Positions 38,801-52,500 of a stretch of DNA of 64,000 nucleotides are shown piece after piece. Source of the DNA: Octopus sinensis (Eukaryota); NCBI RefSeq assembly GCF_006345805.1, contig NC_043000.1:125302001-125366000 (forward strand). Reading direction: 5' to 3'. Each line of letters starts with the position of its first letter. Positions within the stretch are counted from its first letter, which is position 1. The notes under the pieces were generated by a model. The model saw only the letters and a list, made by a program, of their open reading frames with translations. It had not been told where the DNA came from and searched no databases. The translations under genes and the position numbers were made by a program.

Positions 38801-39110
38801 CTGAAATGAAATAATTTGAGAATGGAGCAGAGTGAATGCTGTGATTGCAGAATACTGAAAGGACAAGTTCCACTGCTTTGGACATGTTTCAAAGTTCACA
38901 GACAATAGATGGACCTGTGCAGTTGCAATGTCGTACCTGGGAGGTCAGAAAAGGTCACTCAGAAGGCCTCTATGATGATAACAAGATGATTTAGTTAAAT
39001 GATCTGAGCCAAAATAGAAAAGAATGGTGCAATGAAAATAAATTTGGAAGCACATTGTGACCAGTGATGTGTAACAACTTCTGATAGTCTGATCAATACA
39101 GCAACGTACA
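35850..39110 (+). mobile_element. Near full-length decayed RTE-clade LINE (APE endonuclease + RT), interrupted by two SINEs and a minisatellite
   Basis: IIKTYMPTNASEDKVVEESYEELE...MGDFKTNIG...GERNER...NEIDYILVNK (APE); ICLLSHLYKLF...EYKHSLCIAFI...KQGVSISPK (RT); LFNSTVLPACLY...FGHVSKFTDNRWT. SINE 36843-37057 has a 17-bp TSD (36826-36842 / 37058-37074). Confidence 0.85.
37819..38086. repeat. 43-bp minisatellite, 6 units plus a partial
   Basis: Unit aatacaagaatacacattccctttaatatagaatgagcaaaaN starting at 37819, 37862, 37905, 37948, 37991, 38034. Confidence 0.93.
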
Positions 39111-40763
39111 GTGACATGTAGAATAATAAAATTCTTGTGATTAGTAGAATAATATTATTTTTAAGAGTTAATATTTTTATTCTATAAAAGGTTTATAATA
39201 AAAGATCTGCTTTCTCTCTTTCACTCTCTCCACTTCCTTTCCACTTCACTATACACATCACCTGTCCCTATTAAATCCCTTCCCCACAACATATCCTCCT
39301 AGCAACCCCTCCCTCTACCAGTTCCCTTTCATTGCAACCCCTCTCAGCTTCCATTCTCCTCTTACAATCTTATAAACTCTCCCTCTCTAATTCCCAGTCA
39401 CTTTCACTCTACACACCTTTCTTTGACTTAAGTGTTTGGCCCCTTCCTCGTCCCTGTCTAATTTTCACCACCTTCTGTCTCTCCTCTCTTCCTCTCCATC
39501 TGAGGTAGCCATGTTTCACTTCTAATGCAAGTCACCTTTTCTGTCCCTCAATACTACTCCTTCCAGTTGGAGGGTCTTGTTTCATGGTAACCTCACTGTT
39601 GATGGTGCCATAAGAAAAGCACCCAATACACTCTGTAAAGTTGTTGGTATTAGGAAAGGCATCCAGCCATAGAAACCATACCAAAGTAGACACAAAACCT
39701 TGGTGCAGTCTTCTGATATTCCTGTCCCTGTTGAATCATTCCACCCATGCCGCCAGCATGGAAAAAACATTAAACGATGACACCAACAATGACAATGAAG
39801 ATGATGATGATCTGCTTTCATCCCTTATTGTCACACTCTTTGAAATGCTATCTAGAACCCCCAAGGAGTACAGGCAACTCAAACTGGGAACCCTCGCTTT
39901 ACTGAGTTTCTTCCCTTGCTGGAAATAGCAGCCAAATCTTCCTCAAATGTTATCCTATCATTTTGAAAATATAATCCTAGAAACACCATGTTTTGGGGAG
40001 TGGGGTGGGTTGGCCGAATTAAAACAACTGATAGTTGCATCTGGTATATGCTTGATCCAAATGATCCGAAACAAGCATGATCTGAGGTTAAATAACAACA
40101 TCATGAGTAAATAACAAAAAAACACAACTTTATAACATTCTTAAATGTCACCACCACCACCACCACCGCCGCCGCCACCACTGCAGCCGCCGCCACCACC
40201 ACATTCAAGACATTATCTTTATTTACATCACACATAAATAATGCAAAAAAATATCGGTGGATTATTGGTAAAATCATCAGAACATTGGACAAAATGCTGT
40301 GGTATATTCTCCAAGGTGTTAAAATATTGAAAAATAAATAAATAAAAAAAATGCTGTTCTATTTTGCACTTTACATGACTAAAAATAATCAACCACTTCC
40401 GTTTTTCATGCAAACTGCTTTTTTGCAATGAGCATAGGGACTATTCTTAGCCTACTTGGCAGCAACAAGCAGCAGCAGCATTCATTTTTAGCAGAGCTAT
40501 CATGATGTTGATTACATCCAAACTGGTCAGCAATGGTTCCCTCAAATTTCCTGCATGTGACTTAATAAAAATTTTTAGCCAGGAATTTTCTTTTCAGTAT
40601 AACACTTGCTTTGACAAACTCTTGTATAAAATGTACACAGCCTTCTTTTTGTACAACACAACTGAACTTTAACCTTTTCAATATGAAGGGCCTTGAAGCT
40701 ATCTCTGGTTCTATGATGACAAATATTTTGTTTTAGTCCTTTAATTCTACTCTGTTAAATGTA

Positions 40764-41396
40764 CAGTGATCCCTCACTACTTCGCGGTTCAACTATCATA
40801 GATTCATGACTTCACAGATTTAAAAAATATATATATAGGAACACCTAAAATTTTTCATTAAATCCATTAAAATATTAATAATAACGAAGTCATATCGATG
40901 AAGTCATGTCAACGAAGTCACGAATCCCTATAAGATGTTCTTTGAACAGAAAAAGAAGCAGTGGCAGGAACTTTCTATCACAATGTCTTTGCAGTCTCGC
41001 AAAAAAGAGCCAGTTCTTGCTGCTACTACTATGGTTGCACCTTCGGAAGAAGTGGTAGAGGTGCCCCAGGAAAAGGTACCGCCGTCAGCTTCATCATCAT
41101 CATTTCTACTGCGCAGGAAATTCATCACCATTATCATTCAAATTTTACTTCAACTTCTTTCATGTTGAGTACAGTAACAATCTTTATTTTTTAAAATCTA
41201 AAGTGTTATGGTTAACAGTTGTCCTTGTTATTAATAGACTACTGTAATGGATAGGTTGTTAACAGTACAGGGAGGGTTTTAAAAGTCTAAATACATGTTA
41301 AATAAATACTGTAAATATGGAGTCCCTACTTCGCGGAAATTCAGTTATCGCGGCTGGTCTCGGAACCAATCTACCGTGATAAACGAGGGATCACTG
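40764..41396 (+). mobile_element. Tigger/pogo-like internally deleted DNA transposon
   Basis: TIRs cagtgatccctc / gagggatcactg; TA TSD on both sides; internal remnant PYKMFFEQKKKQWQELSITM resembles a Tigger transposase C-terminus. Nested in a piggyBac-type MITE. Confidence 0.85.
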
Positions 41397-42499
41397 TAAT
41401 ACTTATCCATTCACACTGTTTTGAATTAATTATGTATTTTCTCATAGTTTTGAGATTTTAATGATGTGTTTGTATATATTTTTAATGATATTTTAGGGTG
41501 AGTGTGTCAGGTCACACCTGGCACATTTAGGCATAAAACAAGTAGAATATTTGAGCTGGATATAGTTGGTTTAAATGCTAAAAGGTTAAAGTGACTTAAA
41601 TTCAAAATATCTATCAAAATTTTGTGCTAGTTTGTGTTTCAGACATCAGCTTAACTATGACAAAGTTACCATAATTGATAGCATAAAAGACACATGGGTA
41701 TATTAAACACACCACAATTTCAGCAGCTCATAATCAGGAAAAACTTTTTTGCGATTAGCGTGTTAACTACCACATGTATCACTGGATGTTCATCGCAAAT
41801 TTCACACAACTGCCATATGTACCACTATAGCCATATGTACCACTATACCTTTTCATAATTTGAGAAAATATTTTATTCTGTATCTTTGGCATAGTTTGAA
41901 GGATATTTAAATAACATGAGTGCTTAATATTAAAGTTTAATTATGAAATTTTGTAAAAATGCAGAAAAATTACATCTTGAAATTAAAGAGTAGACAAAGC
42001 GACTGCACAAAATATGTGGTGTTACCAGTAAGTTCCAGTAACAGGCTGTGGTGGTTAACATGTTAAAGCATGTAAAATAGGCCCAGTTTTGCATATAGGT
42101 GCCAGGGTGATATTTTTGAGAGATTTTTTTTATAGAAAAAGTGTATTTTATAAGCCATCAAATATGGTATCTACTAAATTCTTCATTATTTTCAAAATAA
42201 AATGAAAGCTAAGAAATATATTTCAATAGAAATGCAGTAATAAAAGGGTTTTTCATCATACTGATCTTTTTCAAATTTCACAGTATTTATACATCATCAA
42301 ACTTTGGTTATACTTTTTTTTATAGTATGTAACAACATTCAAATTTTAAACATTAAAATACTTTTTCTTTTTGCTGAACGCATTGCTTGGTGTTGCCATA
42401 CACATTTTATTCCAACATACTTCACTTTCGTTTTTACATATACACTTCTTCTTATTTGGAAAATTTGATGTTTAATATTTCTTAGGCCAAAGGCGGCAA

Positions 42500-43119
42500 G
42501 CTGGCAGAAATGTTAGCATGCCGGGCGAAATGCGTAGCCGTATTTCGTCTGCCGTTACATTCTGAGTTCAAATTCCGCCGAGGTTGACTTTGCTTTTTAT
42601 TCTTTCGGGGTCGATAACCTAAGTACTAGTTACGCACTGGGGTTGATGTAATCGACTTAATCCATGTGTCTGTCCTTGTTTGTCCCCTTTGTGTTTAGCC
42701 CCTTGTGGGTAGTAAAGAAATAGGTATTTCATCTGCCGCTACGTTCTGAGTTGAAATTCCACCGAGGTCGACTTTGCCTTTCATCCTTTCGGGGTCGATT
42801 AAATAAGTACCAGTTATGCACTGGGGTTGATATAATCGACTTAATCCATTTGTCTGTCCTTGTTTGTCCCCTCTGTGTGTAGCCCCTTGTGGGCAGTAAA
42901 GAAATAAGAAATGTTAGCATGCAGGGTGAAAGGCTTAGTGGTATTTCATCTGTCTTTACATTCTGAGTTCAAATTTTGCTGAGGTCAACTTTGTCTTTCA
43001 TCCTTTCGGGGTTGATAAATTAAGTACCAGTGGCATACTGAGGGTGATCTAATCGACTAGCCCCCCCCACCAAAAAAAAACAAACAATTTCAGGCCTTGT
43101 GCCTAGAGTAGAAAAGAAT
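42500..43119 (+). mobile_element. Three-unit nested family A SINE array
   Basis: Junctions aaagaaata|ggtatttc (42722) and aaagaaata|agaaatgttagc (42906). Outer TSD aat(a/c)tttct(t/c)aggcca. Confidence 0.88.
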
Positions 43120-44197
43120 CTTTCTCAGGCCATGCTCCAACATGTCTGTCACAAACCAATGAGGGAGCCTCTATCTGATGGCTCAACTAGGTAGAAATAG
43201 TAGCCAACTCCTAAGCAAATCTTGTTCAATCATCTTAATAAGGGAAGGACACATTGGACAATGTAACTCTAAATGTATCTGTCATCATCATCATCATCAT
43301 TTTTAACATCTATCTTCCATGCTGGCATGGGTTGACAGTTTAGCAGGTTTTGGCAAGTCACAAGTCTGTGCCAAGCTCAACTCCCTTTCGTTACTGTATT
43401 TATTTTGAGAAGCTCTGTGTTTCTTTCAATCATTTTTAAATATAGCAAAGAATTTAGTAAAATAACAAAATTATCATTCAGCTAGTGTTAGGAACATAAA
43501 TTGTGACTCAGGTTTGGTGGAAGATTTTAATTCAAAACTTATGAAAACAAAACATTTGTACTACAGAGCCAGATCCGGTTTTGGCCGGGTTGGTAACGAA
43601 AGGGTTCATTGTTCTTACTACAGTTAGATGTACTTCCTAATGTCATCCACTTTACAGAGTGTTATGTATAAAATTAAGATGGAACGGTCTGAGCTGGAAC
43701 ATTTTTGAATCTAGGTCTTCAATTCTAGGGTTAACAGGTGCCTAAATAACATCAACCGCTTTCCCAGCATGATAAATACACAACACAACACACACATATA
43801 ACCACCTGTTTGTTGCCTCTACAACGAAACTGAAATACCTTTAATTCAAAGGACTGCGTCTGTGCGTGCGAGTGCTAAACAAATGTATAATTCAAAAGCT
43901 ACACCACGATTTATTAAAATAATCCTCGAACAGACAATGAATCTTCTGCTTCAGTGATTTCTGATGTTTCTGTCACTCATGTCACCCTATCTCCTTCTAC
44001 ATGACACCTTTGCTGACATTTTTTCATCAAATGTGTTACTGAAATTTAAAACCTCGTGACATCCTTAACGACTGTCATAACACCCTAGGGTGTCGTGATA
44101 CCCTAAATAGAAACGGCTGGATTACAAGGTCGCCCGACCTGTAAGAAATTAAAGTAAAGTTTCTCTCACTGCATACTGTACTGTTAATCTGAATAAT

Positions 44198-44540
44198 CTT
44201 TTCTACTAGAGGCACAAGGGCTGAAATTTAGTGGGAGGTCATTAGTCGATTACAACGACCCCAGTTACTTAATTTATCGACCTCGGAAGGATGGAAGGCA
44301 AAGTCGACCTCAGCGGTATTTGAACTCAGAACGTAAAGACAGACAAGGGGCTAAACACAGAGAAGACAAACGGATTAAGTCGATTATATCGACTCCAGTG
44401 CGTAACTGGTACTTATTTAATCGACCCGTAAAGGATGAAAGGCAAAGTCGACCTCGGTGGAATTTGAACTCAGAACGTAGCGGCAGATGAAATACCGCTA
44501 AGTATTTCACCCGGCGTGCTAACGTTTCTGCCAGCTCAGC
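44198..44540 (-). mobile_element. Two-unit chimeric family A SINE array
   Basis: Tail-2 unit joined to a partly deleted tail-1 unit. Confidence 0.75.
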
Positions 44541-46149
44541 CCAACCTCTAAAAGACATAATGGTCACAAATGGAAGAGAAGGGTGCAACCAAGAGAAGAC
44601 CAGTAGCGCATTGTGACCAGCAATGTATAAGGACATCTGATAGTCTGGTCGATAAGATAGAGCTAGTGTTGTATTACAATCGCTACCAAATCTGGTTGAG
44701 CGGTAAACTAGATGGAACGATCCCATTCACATGTTATAGGATAGAATATGATCTTAGAATGAAGCAATGTGAATGGCCTGTGGGTCATACCGATGCGTTT
44801 AATGATATAACAGGGAAGCTGTTATATCTGTTTCTCGACCTGGTAGAAAAAGAAGCCAAATTTTCCTCATATCACTCGTTATAGTCTTTAAAATGAGAAG
44901 TTCACATCGGACAGTGCAGTCCTAGATAGATTATAAACAAAAAAAAAAAAAAAGAAGAGAAAAGGAAAAGCAAAGGACTGAATGATAACTGCAGGGAGGC
45001 GTTTGATGATAGGATGGTTCGATCAAGGGTGACTAGGACTACACAACCATAGAATTTATTAGCTTATTGATAAAAAAAAAAGTACAGATCGGCATTGTTG
45101 ATTTAGGAAATGGTTCTCTTTAATTCCATTTCTTTTCGTTATAGTTCAGATACTGATCGGTAAAAACTCCTCCAAGCTTGTTATTTTATTTTCTTAGTTT
45201 AAACTGATCGAATTAAAAAAAAAAATTTTTAAATTCCCCAAAAAAAAAAGCATCCAGCTTTAGAAATATCTGTTCCGAGAGCTCAGACAAGTTCCTAGTT
45301 TGAAAAACCATCAAACTATTTATGGAGATAGATTGATGATAAGGTTGTTCCGAACATGATAATAGAAAAAAATTCTGTAGTCAATGAAATACCATCAAGT
45401 ACATAGATAAATATCAGAGGATTGGGCTGAAGATATACCCATCTAATCTAAGATTGAATTGAAGCCCTTCATTCTAAGGCATGGCAAAACTTCCCGAAAC
45501 TCCGCATTGGGAGAAAGTGTTGTCTGTATATTCATAAATATATTCCAGTGAGATTTAGAAAAGCTTTAACATTCGGAAGACTAGTCACCATCTTTTGATG
45601 TTTAGTTCGTTAAGTGGGTATCCCGTATCAGAGATGTTAAAAAAATAATTTTATTATTAATGTACAATGTTGTAAACTGTTTCTTCAGACATGAAGAAAC
45701 ATATTTAACTGAAAGTAAAGTTAGGAAATTGTGTTATACGGCAATAAAAAGTTGATTGCCAAGAATAGAGTATGTATTTTTATTTCCTAAATATATTTAA
45801 GAGTAGTTAATAGAAACATATTTTAACAGTTATATATACAACTCACTTTCCATTTGTACAGGAAAACTAAAATGAATGAATTTCGAATACTGCTGTCTGA
45901 ATTCCTGTATATTAATATGAAACATTGTATACTTCGCTTCCTTACGGTAGACAATATTTGTGTTAATATTTTACACCTTCCCTCATTTCCCCCGCAAACA
46001 TATGAATGAATATATGTATATGTTTTAATATATTTACATTCTCCCATGTCTATATGCAAAGTAAACTGCGACTTTAATTCGATTTTAGTTTTTCTTTCCA
46101 TCCCGATTGCATGACACCAGACAAATGAATCGAAGCGAATAAATAATTT

Positions 46150-46391
46150 ATAAATTCAACCAATGACTCATTGAGTGCCCGGATGTCGTATTTCTAAGCA
46201 ACATGGCGTCGCGGAGATATAGCAGACATTGCATCGCGAGCAGATAAAGTGCATGGCTTGGGATTACTAGCTTATTTTGTGCCATGACGGAGACGACAAG
46301 CACAATTTATGGACTACATCTTATTTTTATGGATCTAATTTGACGTTTCATTTAGAAAACTTTCATTTATAACTGCTAATTGAGAGCGAAA
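46150..46391 (+). promoter_or_regulatory. Putative KIF13 core promoter / 5' leader
   Basis: CCAAT 46160-46164; TGACTCA (AP-1-like) 46164-46170 inside near-palindrome CAATGACTCATTG; CCGGATGT (ETS-like) 46179-46186; AACATGGCG (YY1-like) 46200-46208. All lie directly upstream of the ATG. TSS not determinable from sequence. Confidence 0.6.
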
Positions 46392-46446
46392 ATGGCAACA
46401 GACAAAGTCAAAGTCGCAGTGCGTGTAAGACCTATGAATAGACGAG
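46392..46446 (+). CDS. KIF13: First coding exon of a kinesin-3 family motor (KIF13A/KIF13B/Khc-73-like); gene continues beyond the window
   Basis: ATG at 46392 in context gaaaATGG. It translates to MATDKVKVAVRVRPMNRR+G, matching the KIF13 N-terminus (KVKVAVRVRPMNRRE). A consensus donor G|GTGAGT follows at 46447 (phase 1). It lies in a CpG-rich zone and is too short for the ORF track. Confidence 0.93.
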
Positions 46447-49400
46447 GTGAGTGTTTTTAGACAAATTTATTCACTACAGAGATATCTGACAAGAGTAGTA
46501 AAAGAAGTCAGTTATATTATCTCTATTTATTTCCATTGTGGCTATTTTTTTCTTCTAATTGCGTGTATTTTACCCCGGCTACAACTGTTACTTACTGCGG
46601 TTACGATTCTGCTTCTAACCTTCATTCAAAAATATCGGAGATAGAGATGAATTTATTTGGGACATAGTATGCTCATACAAATTCCTTTTTCTCGTGATTC
46701 TATCCCATTAAAACAAAATAAAGATAAACATACTTTACAGTTACTCAGAAACCGTAATTACATATATAAAATACATGTATATAGATGTGTGTGTGTGTCT
46801 TTTCATCGTTATGTTTATCTTTGTAAAATGTTATTTTTTTTTCTTCTCCACCCCCTTTCGGTATCGTCTATTTAACATGTGTTATAATAAACAGCTTTAA
46901 TACATATATTCAACACACCAAATTTCTATCACCGTGGATATTTCGAAATGTTACTCTCTGAACTCTACATATCGATTTATCGTTGTGTCAATTTCTTTTT
47001 CTTCTTTTCCCTAGAAGGCCGTCCAGTCGCTTCGCTATTAAATATCGACTACTATGTGCATTTTAAGCTACTGTGTGTTGTCTTTCTGAGACAACAGATA
47101 AAACAACCCACCCTCTAGGTATTTTATAGAAATATTGAACGCATCTCTAGCTATATGATAGCAAGCATTTGCCATTTGTTGCATTCTGCGACTCGTATTT
47201 TTATGGTTGTTACTGTGTAATTCCAACAGATGTCCAGTATAGTGCGTACGTACTATGACAGGTTCCACCCCCTTTTATAAATTCTATTTACGTCTTGCAT
47301 TTTTAACACTAGTCTATAAATACTCTTAATACAATGATGTATTGTGTGAAATGTACCTTTATTCATGAAAATTATCAATGAAATGTGTATTTCATTAAGT
47401 TCTCGTCACTATATTATTAACCTTATGAATTGATCAAAAGTACCTTTCTGAATTTTTGAAGTGTATTAAAACGAGACCTCATTCGAAACTGCACAGTTAT
47501 TATGATTGATAGAACATGATATCTTCAGTGCAGATATAGTGCAGTAAATAATTCAAAACGTATGCTATTTTTCTTCAATGAAGTCCACTTGTTGTTCTGT
47601 CGTCTGGTGTGTGCGACCACACTCGTTCTACAGGTAAATTCAAACAGGCGCACTTTCCACCTATTGTCCCTTTCTGTTTGGAAGTCAATACAATTAATAA
47701 AGTCAACCCAGTTAGCCGAGCTTCTTTTAGTATGAATTAGTCGTATTTTAAAATTTACAGTTAGTTAATTTTCTAAAAATATATTTGTTAAAAGCGGTCA
47801 TTCACCTGTAGCTAATCTGGTGTTATTGAGAAATAAATGATAGATGAAGTGTTTTTAACGGTTTCTGGAGAATCGTACGCCACTGTTTATTTTCCTTCAT
47901 ATCTATCTTGGTTTTGTTTAAATTAGATTTATACATCATTATCGATTCTCCCTACAAACTGGTACTGAACCAGTTGTGTAGAGACGGAAAGTGCGCGTAT
48001 GCGTGTGCACTTATCGATATACGCGCGCCTTGTTTGATCATACACATCACCATTATTTCTTTCATGGATTGGAATACACACACGTGGATGAATATTTTCC
48101 CACCTTATACTTGAGAATATCTCTTTCACCTACGTACTTCGAATAAAACCTAAAGTCAAACATCGAACATGAAGCCATAGTAATTTAATGTTTTCCTTTA
48201 TGATGGCTAACTTTAAAGCGCAGTCTGTCAAATAAACCGCTAACTAGTTGCTGTATTCCGCCACCTACAACCTTGAATACTACACCGACGTCATGCCTGC
48301 CTACCTACCTGTGCAGTCGTCGCACGTACTTTTTCATTCGAACCGGTGATCGATGTCACTTTCTTCGATTTTTAGCTGTCGTAATTTTATCTCGGCAGTT
48401 TTGATTTTCAATATTCGAGTGAACATTGTCTATCTAATGTATTTCTAGACTGATATGACGAATTAGTTTTGTTTTATCTGTTGTATTCTTTTCATTTATT
48501 TCAGTTTTTTTTTTGTCGTTCTAAAAACAAAAAGAGACTAAAACGAGTTTTTTTTTTTCTCGCCCATCCCTAAGTTATAAGAAAAGCATACATAAAGTCT
48601 TGGTTTTGATAAGCAAGAATAATTAGGTTAATTTTAAAGAATAAGACTGATTTTAGATCTTTTTTGTTATTCGTTTTAATTTTTTTAGTTTGACCAGGTA
48701 TATTTGTAATCCGGTCTGTTGGGTTCAATTACCCGTTAATGCGAAAGGATCTACAGCGAATGTAGTAACCACTTGTTGTAGTAAATGCATTTATTTAAAT
48801 TTTAATTAGAAGCACCCACTCCCAATTTGTACTTTACGGGTGTCATAATGAATAGCTTTAAAAAAAAAACATTTTAATATTAAAGCTTTTATATACTTGC
48901 CACGTTATTTATATGTAAAATAAAGAAGCGGCGCAAATACATTTAAAGAAACAAACTTGCTTTCACTGCAAGGCGACCGATGCTACACTAATAATTTTTA
49001 TTTATATAGTTTCAATTAAAAAAAAATTCTCGTGACTTAGATGATTATTGGTAAATTTCTATTGATTTTGTATATATATATGTATATATGTATAAAACAA
49101 CAACAACAAAAATCTATTCTTTATCGGTTACTCTATCATCAATATGACTAAGTGTAATTTAGTTTAATCTAAGAAATATGCGTCTGAAATAAAGCAGAAG
49201 ACTAAAAAGTGCCCGAAAGGCACGCCCGAAAAAATAAAGTACATTAGTAACGAATATACAATGTACTTGTTCACTAATTGATCGATCTTTACTATACATG
49301 CTAAATTTATTTATTTATGCATATTTTATTTTCATCCATATCTATGTAACATGGAGTTTTGACATACGAACACAGTGTTAGATGTATTGTAATTGGTATT

Positions 49401-49823
49401 GTGCGATGTTCATGCCCTTCTGTAGTGTATTTGATGTGACCGACAAGAAATTACTGAAATCGAGAATTGAAACCGCGACTTCGCCTCTGTTCAACATTTC
49501 TTTAAAATCTTTAAAATCGTCGCTATTCTTTCTATTAACATTTTCGAAGAATCATTAGACATCATTAGTTCTATATCACAGAGTATAGGGCACAAATTCA
49601 ATAGATATGATGCATATTCATTTTAATCGTACATGTGTTCGATCTAACTGGCATTGTATGAAAGCTGTTACATGGGTAAAACTGGATATTTAGTATCATG
49701 TAGTACTTTCAATGAACTAGTACGGAAAAATTATATAATCAAGAATCTTTAAAATTACTAACATAAGCAAGAGTAGATATAAGTTTGTGTTGATTTCTAA
49801 TCAAGATGGAATGAATAATATAT

Positions 49824-49857
<34 letters not shown>

Positions 49858-51083
49858 ATCTGTCCGTAGTCTGGCTATTTAATTCGAGGCAAGTATTAAT
49901 GACCTATTACTAAGATAAATGTTATTGACCCAATCAATTGATCCTGGGATAAATTAATATATTTCTTTGTATGTTGACATTGGACAGAAGATTTCATCTG
50001 AGATGTTCAAGTACGGTTATCATGCAATTAATGTGTGTATTGTTGTGAAATAAAATTTAAAAAGGTAGTGGTTTTTGCTTTTATATAAAAATTCAGCTTT
50101 TGGTACTTATACAAAAGGTGAGTGAATATTCGGCCTAAAGAGTCGTATAGTTAAGACACTCCTATTTTAAAGCGATTTCATTTATAAATAGATGGTTCAG
50201 GTTTATGATTGAGGGCCACGACAAGGTAGGTGGTTGATAAAGCAGCCCAACCTTGCTTCAAGTAATATTAGAGATAAGATGATGTATGTGAATAATATTT
50301 GAACATAAAAAAGACTAGCATGATTTACGAGTTAGTGTTATTGTTTAGCCCTAGGTCGTCCTGAATGAGCCGACTTATAATTAAAGCTATGCCAACCATG
50401 ACGACTCTGCGTTTAGGCATTGCATATGTTAGGACTACATTATCCAGTGTGTCCCTACGTTTTCAATATGGCAATTTCATTGAGATTTAGCTGCTATTTC
50501 TAGCGGGTCGAATGTTCACGTAAAGGCCTCCCTCTTTCGCAGGTTCTCAGTTCTTAATGGAGGTAGTTGCATCTCTTACAAAGTTCTTTCTAATCACCTG
50601 TGTAAAAACTACTTTTGGCTATGAATATGACAACCATGTCAACCTGGGGAAATGGGTATTAAAAAAACTGTATTTGATGTTTGATAGATGACTTAATCTG
50701 AGTTAAATGTAATACCAGGGAAAAAAAAAAGGGATATTTGACCAAGTTTAAATATTACTAAAAGGTTCAAGTGTAGATCATTGTGAACTTCACAGATGAT
50801 GTGATATTTTCTTTCATTCCTGTGCAATGTTTATGCTTGCTATTACCATCTCTTTGATGGTGAATGGCAGAATTATCATATCTATAGATAAAAAATATTT
50901 CTGTTCCATCTTACTGGGGTTGATTTTTGCATTTCATCTTACCATGCTTGACAGATCACATTCAAGATGTAATGTTGTATTGTTGATCTCCATTCTTAAA
51001 CTTTGTTGTAATGATTTTTTATGTCCTTTACAGCAGGTTGAATGTGATGAGGTACCATGGAAAAAACTTGTAAAATATATTAA

Positions 51084-51304
51084 CCCTTTTGCATTCACAT
51101 TTATTCTGTCAAAAGTAATGCTTATTCATCCCTATTTGAGTTAATCATACATTCTCTTGTAGCTTTGAGATTTTGATGAAGTAACTGTTACTCTTTAGAA
51201 TGATATTGTAGGGTTCATATGAGAGGCCAGATTAGGCCAGTTTAAACTTTAAACAATATTAAACTTTAAACCAGCCAGATATGGATGGCTTTAATACTAA
51301 AGGG
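51084..51304. mobile_element. piggyBac-type MITE family 1 (also 56418-56637, 58639-58839, and a split copy at about 40735-41585)
   Basis: TTAA|ccctt...aaggg|TTAA termini and shared internal sequence. Confidence 0.8.
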
Positions 51305-51380
51305 TTAAACCTCAAACTTCCATTGTTATTAGACACAGAGTATTCTAGAGTGTCTGATGTTAGTTTTATTATATTTTAAA

Positions 51381-51601
51381 CCCTTTTGTCACTGTATTTA
51401 TTTTGAGATGCTCTGTGTTTCTTTCAATTATTTTAAATATAACAAAGAATTTAGTAAAATAACTTAGTTATCATTAAGCTAGTGTTAGGAACGTAAGTTG
51501 TGACTAAGGCTTGGTGGAATATTCTAATTCAAAACTTATGAAAACTAGACATTTGTACTACAGAGCCAGAGCTGGTTTTGGCCAGGTTAGTAACAAAAGG
51601 G
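51381..51601. mobile_element. piggyBac-type MITE family 2 (also 43383-43604 and about 27361-27580)
   Basis: ccctttt...aaaaggg|ttaa termini; interior nearly identical to 43383-43604. Confidence 0.75.
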
Positions 51602-52500
51602 TTAAACCTTTATTAAGAGAAAATCAGTAATGCCAGCAGAGGCCTCCTTCAATTGCAGTTGGTGTATGTGAGATAGCCACGGCAGATGCTGCATCACTAT
51701 CAGCATCTGATATTTCTTCAGGTGCAGATCCATGGTCTCATGAGACCAACAAATACCTACTAAAAGAAAGACCTTTATTATTAATACTGGAAAAGTATTG
51801 AAGTGAAAGAAAATTCCATTTTGCTGTGAGTTTTTGCCTTGTATTCTGCACCTGTTGAAGAATGGGTTCACTATAAACCATACCTCTTTGTGATCTTGTC
51901 CGAAAGTTAGAAATCCTCATTAGTACTGAAGACAGGATCTTTGGATAGGGTTTTATCACATTCTGGCAACAATCTTAATTTCTTTGCTGGCTTTCTTCAT
52001 CCTGTAATGGTTTCTTTTATTACCAGATTCTGAAGACCTTGCAAGTGATAAGCACCTACTATCTCAACTGGTTATTGAGAAGTAAACTTATTGAAATAAA
52101 TTCATTTACTTTCTTCCTTTGGAGACATTTCAACTCTTGTATGACCATATTTTTATGGGAATCTTCCAATTCATTTCAGAAACAATCCAGCATTTGGAAG
52201 AACATAAACATCATTCATTCCTTCTGTGTTCTACTTAACTTTTCTGACATGGGTTGGAGATGAGTCTTTGGGGTTTGTGTCAGTTCTTCTTTGGATTAAC
52301 TGTTACCTTAGACTGGTTGGGCATCATGTCTTGTTTGCAGACTTTTTTTCTTCTTTATGTGAAGCTCATTAAAACTCAGTGCAGCTCACTGGATCCTGTC
52401 AAACTGTTCACCCATACCAGTATGGAAAACAAGAGTTGGAGGATGGTGATGAAGTTAAACTGGTATTGGAATAAAAATGGCTTTCAAAGAAAATTATGGA

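Larger units (their letters stand above)
45900..50550. promoter_or_regulatory. CpG-retaining, nearly repeat-free region around KIF13 exon 1 (CpG-island-like)
   Basis: CG dinucleotides are visibly frequent (e.g. 46200-46300, 47990-48030, 48240-48420) against a CpG-depleted background. SINEs are essentially absent. Judged by eye, not computed. Confidence 0.65.
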
